41,031 nucleotides of DNA from Candidatus Yanofskybacteria bacterium RIFCSPHIGHO2_12_FULL_45_19b (GCA_001794605.1 MGKD01000023.1:1-41031), one strand, 5' to 3'; positions 28,446 to 38,427 are shown, counted from the stretch's first letter. Numbers and translations: made by a program. The notes: a model not told the origin generated them from the letters alone.

Positions 28446-29201
28446 ATGATTAACGAATTGTTTAGCAAGACCCAACGGGTCATTCTCTCTTGGTCGATTA
28501 TCTTAATAATTCTAATTTTCGCTATTGGTCGACTAGATAGTATTAAGGTCAGCAACGAAACCAGTAACTACGACTCTATTACTGTTTCTGGCGAGGGCAA
28601 GACCACTATTAAGCCAGATGTGGCAGTAGTGCGCGCCTCGGTCATGACCACCAATCGTGATGTCAAAAAAGCCCAGGACGAAAACACTACGCGCGCTAAT
28701 GCCGTGATCAAGTTTTTAGCCGACCAGAAAGTTGCTGACAAAGATATTAAGACCGTTGAATACTCCATCAGTCCAAACTACAGTTACGACTCCGGTCGAC
28801 AAACCTTACTTGGCTATAATGTTACTCAGTCACTGGAAATCAAGATTCGTGACTTTAAAAACCTGTCGGGCATTGTTGATGGCATGGTCAGCAAGGGCGT
28901 CAATCAAACTGGCGGTATTCAGTTTAAAGTAGATGACCAAAAGCAGGCCGAAGCCGAAGCCCGCGCTCTGGCGATAGCCGATGCCAAATCACAGGCCCGG
29001 GAACTGGCTAATAAATTAGGCGTGCGATTAGGCAAATTAACCAGCTTTACCGAAAACGGCGGCAATGTTATATACTATAACGACACCGCCATGGGTATGG
29101 GTGCTGGTGAATCGATAGCTAAAGCGCTCCCGCCCAGTCTACCGACTGGCGAAAACGAGATTAAGTCGAATGTCAGCTTAACTTACAGAATAAATAATTA
29201 A
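28446..29201 (+). CDS. SIMPL (DUF541) domain protein
   Basis: ITVSGEG...KPD, ISPNY, AR..AIADAK..A motifs. Confidence 0.92.
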   Translation: MINELFSKTQRVILSWSIILIILIFAIGRLDSIKVSNETSNYDSITVSGEGKTTIKPDVAVVRASVMTTNRDVKKAQDENTTRANAVIKFLADQKVADKDIKTVEYSISPNYSYDSGRQTLLGYNVTQSLEIKIRDFKNLSGIVDGMVSKGVNQTGGIQFKVDDQKQAEAEARALAIADAKSQARELANKLGVRLGKLTSFTENGGNVIYYNDTAMGMGAGESIAKALPPSLPTGENEIKSNVSLTYRINN

Positions 29202-29209
29202 GAAACCGT

Positions 29210-29249
29210 CCCAATCAAAAATCCCGCCACGGCGGGATTTTTGATTGGG
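29210..29249. terminator. bidirectional terminator between SIMPL and the 16S trailer
   Basis: cccaatcaaaaatcccgcc-ac-ggcgggatttttgattggg. Confidence 0.85.
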
Positions 29250-29645
29250 TGAAACTCCTAGTGAAAGATTATTATCTCTTACAGTCAACTAGACCGGTAC
29301 ACATTTTTTGTTCTGGGTACCATTGAACCAAGAATCGAAAACGATTCCTGCCCCGTTAGAGGTAGGTTATCCTGAGATAACCGTAAGCTCTAATGGGGTC
29401 CGATTTAACCTTCGGACCAGGCACCTGTCTGGATTTTGTAAAACAAACTTTTACTTTACAAAACCCAGACAGGTATCGACACCTCTATAATTTTCGTTCC
29501 TCGAGGAGTTATCCGCCTTTGTCCCGAAGGGCTTCGGCGAGATTATTCTCTTTTGAATGTTGCTGATAAATCAGCAACTCAATAGAGGAGAATAAAAATA
29601 GAAAGGAGGTGATCCAAGAGCAGGTTCCCCTACCCTTGCCTTGTT

Positions 29646-30577
29646 CATGTATCTCCGAGTATTACTACCGGCATGGACTATATCTTCATCCCTTTTATAA
29701 GGGAGCCAACATATAATACAAAATTTAGATTTTATATTATGGCCACTGGCCAAAGTCTCTACGGGGCTAAGGAGAATCACTTAATTAACCAATTTATATT
29801 GTAACGAGGGAATGACTAGATCGCCAATAAGCTTACGGAAAGCATCCCTACTTTCAGCGCCCACATACAACCGTATTTTGCCATGATTGCCTTGAAGAAA
29901 ACATTTAATTCCAAAATTTTTGTAGATTGCGGATTTCAGCCTTTCATTTTCTTTTACAGAAAAGGACTGCGTGTTCAGATGAAACCCCTGTAATTTACCG
30001 TATTCGATTCGTTTGTTTCCGTCATCCATAAACCAAACCGATAAAACAAAAGGATTTAACATTTCCTCAATATTTATCGGGGCTATCTTTTTACCCTTTG
30101 GATAGAACATCTCTTGAAACTCTTTCAGTTCATGATGACTAACTGTCCGAAACCTAAGTGATTGATTTACGGCTTGCTGTTTTGGTGGTGCCAAAACAAA
30201 ATTTTGTAATTGTCTGTACTTCCAAAATACTAGTTCGCTTTGTTTTATCGAATGTTGTATTTTTAGACAATAATTTTTCCCTGCCCTAGTCTTTTCAAGA
30301 GTCCCATCACCAAGTAGTGTTCCGATAATTAAATCGCGCTGTCTTGGCGAAAAACTTTCGCTTTTCTTGATTAAGTAAGTGATTCTCCCAGCTTCCCTCG
30401 GTATTATCCTCATACCCTAATTATATTTGGCAGCGAGGATTAAGCGAAAATTATTTTCATTTAATCCGAGCGAACCATATATACATAGTATAACAAATTA
30501 GGAGTTGGACTTCACCGATATTAGTTGGATTTTTTTGTCACATTGCTGTGACAAGTCGCAATTTGCAGTATGCACTA
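29646..30577 (-). mobile_element. group I intron S1498
   Basis: Splits AAGUCGU|AACAAGG. P1 AAGUCGU/GCGACUU, terminal G, AAGAUAUAGUCC motif. Confidence 0.93.
29781..30413 (-). CDS. double-motif (LAGLIDADG_2, I-SceI-like) homing endonuclease
   Basis: IIGTLLGDG and SVWFMDDG motifs. Confidence 0.92.
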   Translation of the reverse strand: MRIIPREAGRITYLIKKSESFSPRQRDLIIGTLLGDGTLEKTRAGKNYCLKIQHSIKQSELVFWKYRQLQNFVLAPPKQQAVNQSLRFRTVSHHELKEFQEMFYPKGKKIAPINIEEMLNPFVLSVWFMDDGNKRIEYGKLQGFHLNTQSFSVKENERLKSAIYKNFGIKCFLQGNHGKIRLYVGAESRDAFRKLIGDLVIPSLQYKLVN

Positions 30578-30663
30578 ACGACTTAGCCTTGGTCATCGAA
30601 TCTACCGTAGTGCCATGAAACATGGACCTTCGGGTATCCCCGACTCCCCTGACTTGACGGGCA

Positions 30664-31116
30664 ATTGTCCTCTAGAAACTTAGAGTTGACGTTCCCATCG
30701 TACCTGCGGATTTCCCGCATACGACGAGCTCCTGGTGTATAAACACCGAGAGTGAATCCTTCTCTCAAGACTGCTTGAGATACTATGATTCAGCTGACTT
30801 CTGACGCGGCGTCAATTCCATTATACCATTTCTATCACCTAAGCTATAGGTAATATTACGCCAGATATCCCCGAGGTCAGTTAAAATTCTTTTCCAAACA
30901 TCTCTTAAAATCCTGCGCTCGCACCCTGAGTTTTCTCTACGCTCACTGCCAATCATAGATCAACTGGATTTTTACTTTTAAGAGCTGCCTTTTGTTTCCA
31001 ACTCCTTCGACTTAAATCTCACGACCTAAGCCTAGTCTTCAACTACGTCCCATCACGGTCTGATGGGAGGATGGATTTTAACCATCTAGAATATTAACCT
31101 GCCGGGCGCTTTCATT
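30664..31116 (-). mobile_element. ORF-less atypical group II intron after 16S C1399
   Basis: Domain V-like CGUCGUAUGCGGGAAAUCCGCAGGUACGAUG, AU 3' end, GCGCCCGGCA near the 5' end, and an internal complement of the ligated exons. Confidence 0.8.
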
Positions 31117-31351
31117 GTGAGTACAAGATCCGGGAACGTATTCACCGCAGCGTTCTGATCTGCGATTACTAGCGATTCCAACTTCAAAGAGGCAAGTTGC
31201 AGCCTCTTATCCGAACTGGGGACAGCTTTGGTGGGATTGGCTCCGGCTCGCGCCTTAGCGACCCATTGTACTGTCCATTGTACCACGTGTGTAGCCCAGG
31301 GCATCAAAGGGCCACGCTGACCTGACGTCGTCCCCGCCTTCCTCCCAGTTC

Positions 31352-31472
31352 ACAACCGACAAAATCGGTAAATCCCAAGCACTAAACAACAAATCACAAA
31401 CAATATTCAATTTTGGAATTTATTTGCTATTTGAGATTTGGATTTTTGAGATTTACCTGCCTTGCAGGTTAG
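31352..31472 (-). other. about 120-nt hairpin insertion in 16S helix 40
   Basis: Lies between the cccagttc and gaactggg arms; 7-nt-periodic A-rich and T-rich arms. Confidence 0.85.
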
Positions 31473-32110
31473 GAACTGGGCAGTCTCGCGTGACATAAGT
31501 AACACGCGACAGGGGTTGCGCTCGTTTCCCAACTTAATGGAACCATTCACATGACGAGCTGACGACGGCCGTGCAGCACCTGTCCAGCCGTCTTGCGAGG
31601 GTCTCGGTTTCCCGAAACTTTCGTCTGGATTTCAAGCCCTGGTGAGGTTCTTCGCTTAGAGTCGAATTAAACCACATGGTCCACCGCTTGTGCGGATCCC
31701 CGTCTATTTCTTTGAGTTTTAAGCTTGCGCTCGTACTTCCCAGGCGGCAGGCTTAACGCGTTAGCTTCGCCACCAGGAGGGTCGATGCTCCTAATAGCTA
31801 GCCTGCATCGTTTAGGGCGTGGACTACAAGGGTATCTAATCCTTTTTGATCCCCACGCTTTCGCGATTGACTGTCAGCGCGGCGCTAGCAAGCTGCTTTC
31901 GCTTTTGGTATTCCGTGCGATATCAACGGATTTCACCCCTACACCGCACGTTCTGCTTGCCTCTCACCCGCTCTAGTAATGCCGTTTCCAATGCGGCCTC
32001 GAGGTTGAGCCTCGAGATTTAACACCGGACTAACATCACCAGCTACTCGCTCTTTACGCCCAGTAATTCCGGATAACGCTTGGGGCCTTCGTATTACCGC
32101 TCCTGCTGGC

Positions 32111-33058
32111 CGGTATTACACAATACTAATGAAGTATGTTTAATTTTGGACTATATCACCATCCTCTTTTAATAAAAAGGATGCCTAGCGTTTTATGGAG
32201 ACTCAAGAGTCTCCATCCGACCAATCAATTGGTCGAGTCTCTGAGGGGTTAATTATAATTTTAGATGTTCGAACGGAGGAATCTTATACTTGAAGCACGG
32301 CAAGAGATATGGTTTTATCGTCTCGATAAATTTATCCCTACCTGCCACTCCAATATACAGCTCCGGATAGCGCACACCGCGACAAAGCGGAGCTTGCACC
32401 GAAGTAATAATCCCAAAATTTTCCTTCAAAACACCTATTAGCAGTCGATTTTCTTCTAAGGTAAAGCTGTTGGTAGATAGCGAATAATTATAGTGGCTTT
32501 TGGGCCGATAATCTAAACTACCATCATCCATATACCAAACCGCCAGACTTAGAGGATGAGTCAATATTTCTTTGATGTCTCTTGGAACAATTTTTTTACC
32601 ATCAGGATAAAAAGATTGTCTAAAGAAACACAGATCTTTGTTGGACGAAGTCATAAATTTCCATTGCTTATTGTCTTTGCGTTGTTTAGGTTCGCTTGGA
32701 CAAAAATTTGATAGATTTTCATACATCCAGAAAACATAATCCCTTTGCTTTTCTGAATGCTTTATCTCAAGATAACAATCATTATATCGATCACGATAGA
32801 GATAGCCATCTCCGAGTAATGTTCCAACTAATATCCGTTTTTGTTCAAAAGAAAGTTTGCTCATTTACTACATAATTATAGCAACTTCCCTGCTGATTTT
32901 CCAGTAATTTTGTTAATAAAATCAACAAAATTTTAATTCAGATTGTCACCCACTGGGGTACTGAATTATTGACTGGGTTTTCCAGCATATAAGCTAAGTT
33001 TTTCCTTATTGCCTTACGGCAATAGGTCGCGCCCCCGCCCGAAGTGGTGGGAGATTTC
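32111..33058 (-). mobile_element. group I intron S516
   Basis: Splits CUUCGU|GCCAGCAG. Terminal G; UGCUGGAAA and GAUAUAGUCC core motifs. Confidence 0.92.
32253..32864 (-). CDS. double-motif (LAGLIDADG_2) homing endonuclease
   Basis: LVGTLLGDG and AVWYMDDG motifs. Confidence 0.93.
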   Translation of the reverse strand: MSKLSFEQKRILVGTLLGDGYLYRDRYNDCYLEIKHSEKQRDYVFWMYENLSNFCPSEPKQRKDNKQWKFMTSSNKDLCFFRQSFYPDGKKIVPRDIKEILTHPLSLAVWYMDDGSLDYRPKSHYNYSLSTNSFTLEENRLLIGVLKENFGIITSVQAPLCRGVRYPELYIGVAGRDKFIETIKPYLLPCFKYKIPPFEHLKL

Positions 33059-33273
33059 ACGAAGTTAGGAGCCCCTTATTCACTGGGTACCATCAAAATT
33101 TTTCCCCAATAAAAGCAGTTTACGACCCGAAGGCCTTCTTCCTGCACGCGGCGTCGCTCGATCAGGCTTTCGCCCATTGTCGAATATTCTCGACTGCTGC
33201 CTCCCGTAGGAGTACGAACCGTTTCTCAGTTTCGTCGTTGAGGGTAGTGCTCTCACACCCCCTACCCGTCATA

Positions 33274-33308
<35 letters not shown>

Positions 33309-33731
33309 AGGACCTAGGCTGCTCCAGAAGTGCCTTGCGGCTTTACTCTTGCGAGACCATCGGGAATTAGTCTGCCTTTCGGCAGATTATGCCCGGCTTC
33401 AGGGTACATACCAAGGTGTTACTAACTCGTTCGCCACTAACTTATCTCTTCCGTCGCCTTGATGTAATCGCAACTTCTTCCAAAATAAGTCCGTTCGACT
33501 TGCATGCCTTATCCACGCCGCCAGCGTTCATCCTGAGCTAGAATCAAACTCTCAATAATAGTAAATGAATAAATTCACTTACCTCCGATCTAGTTAACTG
33601 TAACAGATAACAATAACTTTCTTTTCACTTTTAATTTCACCAGTCTGACAAATTTTCAAGTTGCTATTGTCGCTTCGTTTTAGACAAGAACCTAAAAGGC
33701 CCGCCCTCCGGAAAAGACAACCACGATTATC

Positions 33732-33836
33732 CGCCCCAATTCCGAAGTTGCACCGTGCGTTGGGCTCGTCCCTCCCGAAGTTACAATATCGGCAAAGAGA
33801 CAAATTCAACAACAAGACAATTTCGGCACCGGGACG
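33732..33836. repeat. TIR hairpin element (type B-related) in the 16S leader
   Basis: cgccccaattccgaagttg ... caatttcggcaccgggacg. Confidence 0.85.
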
Positions 33837-33904
33837 ACCAATCGTGGCAGTCCTTAAATCCGCCTCAATTTAGCTGGAGATTTTACCTATGCTTAGCGGA
33901 AGTT

Positions 33905-33932
33905 ATTGTAGCAGAAAGCCAGAGGGCGTCAA
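33905..33932 (-). promoter_or_regulatory. 16S rRNA promoter
   Basis: TTGACG-16 nt-TACAAT with TG extension; spacer resembles that of the 23S promoter. Confidence 0.8.
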
Positions 33933-33981
33933 GCTTCGCTTGCCGCCCCAAGTGGACTAACTGTGGATAGCTAAAAATATA

Positions 33982-34815
33982 CTATAAGCCGATCTTTTTA
34001 CCCCTAAGATCGCCCCCGCCATAACGCCCTCCCCCTGAACCACCAATGCCAATATTACCCAGACCACCAAAACTACCCAACCCCCTACCTATACTGTTTA
34101 TGGGGTCATTGTTTAGTCTAAGTGAATCCTCTCGAAATACCGCGTTAATTATTTGTGTCGCCTGGCGATTGGCATCTTGTGATGGTTGGTTAGTTAATGG
34201 TTTACCGGTTTTAGAATTAACCAGCATTGGTCCATGTTGAAGCTGCTGTTTTCTATTCAAATATTGATTCCTTAGGTTCCTCTGCTCTTTTTGGTTTTCT
34301 TTTAACAAATCCAACTGTTTTTCCTCGCGCATGCGTTGCGCCTGCTCTTCAAACATTGCTCTCTTATCTAAATACAAATTGTCTAATGATTGTATCTCCT
34401 GCACTAACTGATTGGAGTTTAACTGTAACTGACTAATGTCCCGCTCGTGTTCAAAATATAGTCGCTGACGCTTAGCCTCATCAAACCCACCCTTAAGTTG
34501 CATGCCGATCTCAAGACCCTTTTGGATGCGCTGCCATTTACTCTGCTTATCCTGGGCCTGAGCGCTTTCCATGCCCGCAAAAACTGCTACCAAAGCAAGC
34601 GCTGTACAGGCCGCCCGGCTTATCATTCTAAGTCTCCGTTCATTTGTATGACTACGAAGTTTGGCAGGACTCAGCTTTTCTTCTTCCGGCCTAAACAGAT
34701 CTACGGCGAGTCTACTGGCTGTCGCCTCTTGTTTAGAAAGTTCAATCACCGGAGCAGTCTCTACAACTGCTTTTTTTGGCTTTTCTACTGTAAATTTTGG
34801 TGCGCTTTCTGGCAT
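33982..34815 (-). CDS. hypothetical protein: internal signal/TM segment, Gln-rich coiled coil, Gly-rich tail
   Basis: 277-aa ORF; no family recognised. Confidence 0.75.
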   Translation of the reverse strand: MPESAPKFTVEKPKKAVVETAPVIELSKQEATASRLAVDLFRPEEEKLSPAKLRSHTNERRLRMISRAACTALALVAVFAGMESAQAQDKQSKWQRIQKGLEIGMQLKGGFDEAKRQRLYFEHERDISQLQLNSNQLVQEIQSLDNLYLDKRAMFEEQAQRMREEKQLDLLKENQKEQRNLRNQYLNRKQQLQHGPMLVNSKTGKPLTNQPSQDANRQATQIINAVFREDSLRLNNDPINSIGRGLGSFGGLGNIGIGGSGGGRYGGGDLRGKKIGL

Positions 34816-34818
34816 AGT

Positions 34819-35061
34819 TTAGTCGTTTTCTTCTTCTTCAATGATCGCCTGCGCTAGTTTTTCATCACCACTCTCTAGCGCCTTAATCTTGATCTTAATA
34901 TTACCGGTCGCCTCGGTCAATTCGGCTAAATCGAAATTTACCGCCTCGATAATTTGCTGCATAACCTCAACTGGTGCCGCCTCCCATAATTTAGACCACA
35001 AAGCCTTGTCCTCATCGGACAAGCCAGAGCTAAGTACAAACTCTTTAAATTTCTCTACCAC
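34819..35061 (-). CDS. small acidic helical hypothetical protein
   Basis: 80-aa ORF with an extended -10 6 nt upstream of the GTG. Confidence 0.7.
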   Translation of the reverse strand: MVEKFKEFVLSSGLSDEDKALWSKLWEAAPVEVMQQIIEAVNFDLAELTEATGNIKIKIKALESGDEKLAQAIIEEEEND

Positions 35062-35124
35062 GCTTTAATTATCGCAAACCAAACAATTAGAGGCAAATAT
35101 TTTATCAACGCACTGGGCAATATT

Positions 35125-35766
35125 TTAGGAGTGCTTCTCGCGCCAAAGTGCGATTTTTTTATGATCACCGCCCAGTAACACCTTAGGCACCGCCCGCTTT
35201 TTACCAGCAATTAAAATCTCCTCGGGACGAGTATATTGCGCGTGGTCAGCTTTTACAGCTGACTCAGTTTTGGCAATAAAACCTGGCAACATGCGAACCA
35301 CCGTTTCAATTATCACCATGGCCGCCACTTCGCCACCATTTAAAACATAGTCACCGATTGATAAGGTTTCATCGGCCAAGTAATCAGCCACCCGCTCATC
35401 CACCCCCTCATAACGTCCACAGATTAAAATTAGCTGATCATATTTCGCTAAACGTTTGGCTTCAGTTTGAGTAAATTTTTTACCGCGCGGCGAAAAAAGA
35501 ATGACTCGGGCTTTCTCACTTTTTTTACTCTTGACTTTAGACTTTAGACTTTCGACGGCTTTCATAATCGGCTCGACCTTCATCAGCATGCCTGGCCCAC
35601 CGCCAAACGGCCGATCGTCTACCGTTTTGTGCTTATCGTCTGTCCAGTCACGCAAGTTGTGCGCAGTTAGTTTTAAGATTTTTTTCTTCTGTCCGCGCGC
35701 TAAAAGCGACTGACTAAGCCAGCCATCAAAAATTTCTGGGAAAATTGAGATGATATCAAAACGCAC
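35125..35766 (-). CDS. trmD: tRNA (guanine37-N1)-methyltransferase
   Basis: VDDRPFGGGPGM, CGRYEGVDERV, SIGDYVL.GGE motifs. Confidence 0.98.
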   Translation of the reverse strand: MRFDIISIFPEIFDGWLSQSLLARGQKKKILKLTAHNLRDWTDDKHKTVDDRPFGGGPGMLMKVEPIMKAVESLKSKVKSKKSEKARVILFSPRGKKFTQTEAKRLAKYDQLILICGRYEGVDERVADYLADETLSIGDYVLNGGEVAAMVIIETVVRMLPGFIAKTESAVKADHAQYTRPEEILIAGKKRAVPKVLLGGDHKKIALWREKHS

Positions 35767-36098
35767 TAGATGTTCCCTAACTCATTGACCACATCCTCAA
35801 TATTTTTGGTCTTACCACCAGTACCACCAGGTACTTCGGCCATCGGTCGGCCACCCTCTGGCTCTTCAATGCGTAAGTTGACGCGGGCATTGTTACGCGT
35901 ACCGATAATGCGTACCAGGGTACGGATCGCCTTGGCGGTCGAGCCTTGTCGACCAATCAGCAAACCCATATCATCTTTATGCACACTGACCGAGAGCAAA
36001 ACTCCCATCTCATCTACCTGCCGCGTTACCACTACATCATTCGGATTGTTGACGATCTGCTTAACGATATATTCTACAAATTGCTTGTCGTTTTCCAT
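35766..36098 (-). CDS. khpA: KH-domain RNA-binding protein
   Basis: DMGLLIGRQGSTAKAIRTL; position between rpsP and trmD. Confidence 0.92.
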   Translation of the reverse strand: MENDKQFVEYIVKQIVNNPNDVVVTRQVDEMGVLLSVSVHKDDMGLLIGRQGSTAKAIRTLVRIIGTRNNARVNLRIEEPEGGRPMAEVPGGTGGKTKNIEDVVNELGNI

Positions 36099-36158
36099 CG
36101 CTTTATGATTAATGTTTTACTGCTTACAGGATACTAAATCGGAAACTCTTCTGCAATG

Positions 36159-36485
36159 CTAGGCCGCCACCGCTGGGACTTCGGCAGGCTTAGTCGCCTC
36201 TGCGACACCAGCCTCTTTGACCTTCGGTCGCCAAGACTGCATCTTCTCGCCAGTAATAATATTCTGGTTAATTAAAAGATTGTTGGCAGTCGGTGAAAGT
36301 TGTGCGCCCTTACTACGCCAATAACTAATCCGCTCCGGTTTTACATTGAGCTTTTTGGTGTGCGGATTATAGTTGCCCAATAGTTCCAGGTACTTACCCT
36401 GGGGTTTCATGGTGTGTTCATTTACCACCAACCGAAAATGGGCTTGTTTTTTCTTACCAATGCGTTGTAGACGAATCTTTAACAT
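36159..36485 (-). CDS. rpsP: 30S ribosomal protein S16
   Basis: MLKIRLQRIGKK, ELLGNYNP, GAQLSPT motifs. Confidence 0.97.
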   Translation of the reverse strand: MLKIRLQRIGKKKQAHFRLVVNEHTMKPQGKYLELLGNYNPHTKKLNVKPERISYWRSKGAQLSPTANNLLINQNIITGEKMQSWRPKVKEAGVAEATKPAEVPAVAA

Positions 36486-36524
36486 CGTTGGGGATAATAA
36501 CAAATAGTCCACAACAAATCAATA

Positions 36525-36719
36525 TTAACGCCTCCCTGGTTCAGCCACCCCCAGATCTCGACAAATCTTTCTGGCTAGCCAATCATTAATTTCTTGATGT
36601 CTTGGTATAGTAGATGTTAATTTTAATAGTGGATTAAAAAAGACGCTATGTTTGGCGCCTTCTCTCAATAAAACACATTTTAGTTTTTGCAGGTGCCCAA
36701 TTAGATCCAACCGCTTCAT
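36525..36719 (-). CDS. hicA: HicA-family toxin
   Basis: REGAKHS..., TIPRHQEI, KICRDLG motifs. Confidence 0.92.
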   Translation of the reverse strand: MKRLDLIGHLQKLKCVLLREGAKHSVFFNPLLKLTSTIPRHQEINDWLARKICRDLGVAEPGRR

Positions 36720-36725
36720 TTACGG

Positions 36726-36950
36726 CTAAAAACTGATTGATTCTCTGATGATATTTTTATCACCAAATCCATCTCGATTGATAGTTTTGTTCACATCCAA
36801 AACCAATCGCAAGGCATCTTTTAGATTCTCCCGGGCTTCTTTAAGAGTTTCCCCCTGTGTATTTACGCCAGGAATTTCTTCAACCCAGCCTAAATACCAT
36901 CTACCATCTTTTTTATAATTTGCACTAAACCTTTGTTTTGTTTTAGCCAT
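36726..36950 (-). CDS. hicB: short HicB-family antitoxin
   Basis: WYLGWVEEIPGVNTQGETLKEARENLKDAL. Confidence 0.92.
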   Translation of the reverse strand: MAKTKQRFSANYKKDGRWYLGWVEEIPGVNTQGETLKEARENLKDALRLVLDVNKTINRDGFGDKNIIRESISF

Positions 36951-37266
36951 TGAGTTTATGTTAGCACACCTGCTTGTCAGCATCCTCAAAATACAACTCC
37001 AGTGCCTCCTGTTTACTTTTACCAAAGCTTGATACTTCAACATTAAGACATTGGGCCACAAAATGCTTGCCCTCTTTCCAGACTACACTTTTGAGACTCT
37101 TTTTCATGAGTAAATATTAGCAAAGTTGGGCATGGATAGTCAATAATCATAACCTTGTTGATAATAAAGCTTGCTTCTGTTGAGGGGGGGTAGAATATAA
37201 GCAACTAAACATTACTTTCCCGAAATTGGTCAATAGGACCATTGCAACGGAAGGTTATAAAAAATT

Positions 37267-37719
37267 ATGGGAAAGGAATCAACTCCTACACCAGAAAAAC
37301 TTGCAGAAATAGAAGAGAGCAGAAATAATTCTGATATTAGATTAGGGTTTAGGGGTGCAGTTCGGGTTGATAACGGTGACCCAATGTTGTCAGAAGGAAA
37401 GGAGCGCTTAGAAGTCACGAAAAAACAGGTTGAGAATGCACACCAGGAGATGAAAATTGAAGACAATGTTGAGGAGGAAATGTATGGTATCAAAGGAAAG
37501 TCAGATCAGGAAATTGCTGAAAGGTTAGAATATTACCAAAAAGGAATGACGGATTTAGCCAAAAGTTACATAGAAGCAGAAGAAGACGAGGCTAACTCAA
37601 GAAATACGTACAAGAGACATTATCTTCTTTACACACGTTTTCTAGAAGAAACAAACAAGGAAAAATCGAGAAGAGAAGCGGAGGAAAAAAGAATAGGAAA
37701 GATGAGCTATAGAGGATAA
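37267..37719 (+). CDS. hypothetical charged helical protein
   Basis: 150-aa purine-rich ORF convergent with rnc. Confidence 0.7.
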   Translation: MGKESTPTPEKLAEIEESRNNSDIRLGFRGAVRVDNGDPMLSEGKERLEVTKKQVENAHQEMKIEDNVEEEMYGIKGKSDQEIAERLEYYQKGMTDLAKSYIEAEEDEANSRNTYKRHYLLYTRFLEETNKEKSRREAEEKRIGKMSYRG

Positions 37720-37727
37720 AATAACGA

Positions 37728-38420
37728 CTACCAGCCTTTTTTCTCCAGCGCTTTTTCCGCCGCAATCTGCTGGGCTTCCTGTTTACTCAAGCCCTCCCCT
37801 TCGGCGGCTAACTCCTTGCCCAAATAGACGCCCACCACAAAACTACGGGCGTGATCGGGACCAGATTCTTTTAATACTTCGTAAGTGGGGGTGACTCCTA
37901 CTCGCTCCTGCGCCTCCTCTTGCAAACGACTCTTAGCATCACGGTAAAGTTCTTGAGCGATAATCTCTGGTAACTCGACAATAATAAAACGCTTAATAAA
38001 ATCCTCCGCCGCAGTGTAGCCCTGATCTAAATAGATGGCGCCAATCACTGCCTCCATCGCATTGGCCAAAATATATTGTCGCGCTCGGCCGGTGTCTTTG
38101 GCCTCACCCCGCGAGAGTAAAATATACGAGTTGAGATCAAACTTAGCCGAAATAGTCGCCAAAATATTAGCATTGACAATCGCCGCCCGCCAGTTGGTTA
38201 GTTCCCCTTCTGGATTAGGATAATTTTTGTAAAGATGGTCGGTTACCGCCAACTCCAAAACCGCGTCACCCAAAAACTCCAGGCGCTCGTTATGCTCTAG
38301 CTTCCAAGCAGTATTCTCGTTCAAATAAGAACGATGAGTAAGCGCTTGCAGTAAGATATTCTTATCCTTAAACTCGAGACCAATCTTGCCTTCTAGTTCC
38401 AATATCTTTTCGTCAGACAT
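37728..38420 (-). CDS. rnc: ribonuclease III
   Basis: NERLEFLGDAVL signature plus a dsRBD (GPDH..F, SKQEAQQ.AA). Confidence 0.98.
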   Translation of the reverse strand: MSDEKILELEGKIGLEFKDKNILLQALTHRSYLNENTAWKLEHNERLEFLGDAVLELAVTDHLYKNYPNPEGELTNWRAAIVNANILATISAKFDLNSYILLSRGEAKDTGRARQYILANAMEAVIGAIYLDQGYTAAEDFIKRFIIVELPEIIAQELYRDAKSRLQEEAQERVGVTPTYEVLKESGPDHARSFVVGVYLGKELAAEGEGLSKQEAQQIAAEKALEKKGW

Positions 38421-38427
38421 TTGTTTT

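Noticed and set aside
29571-31976. Short ORFs overlapping 16S (29571, 30583, 31086, 31725)
   Set aside because: rRNA or ribozyme sequence; no maturase or RT motifs.
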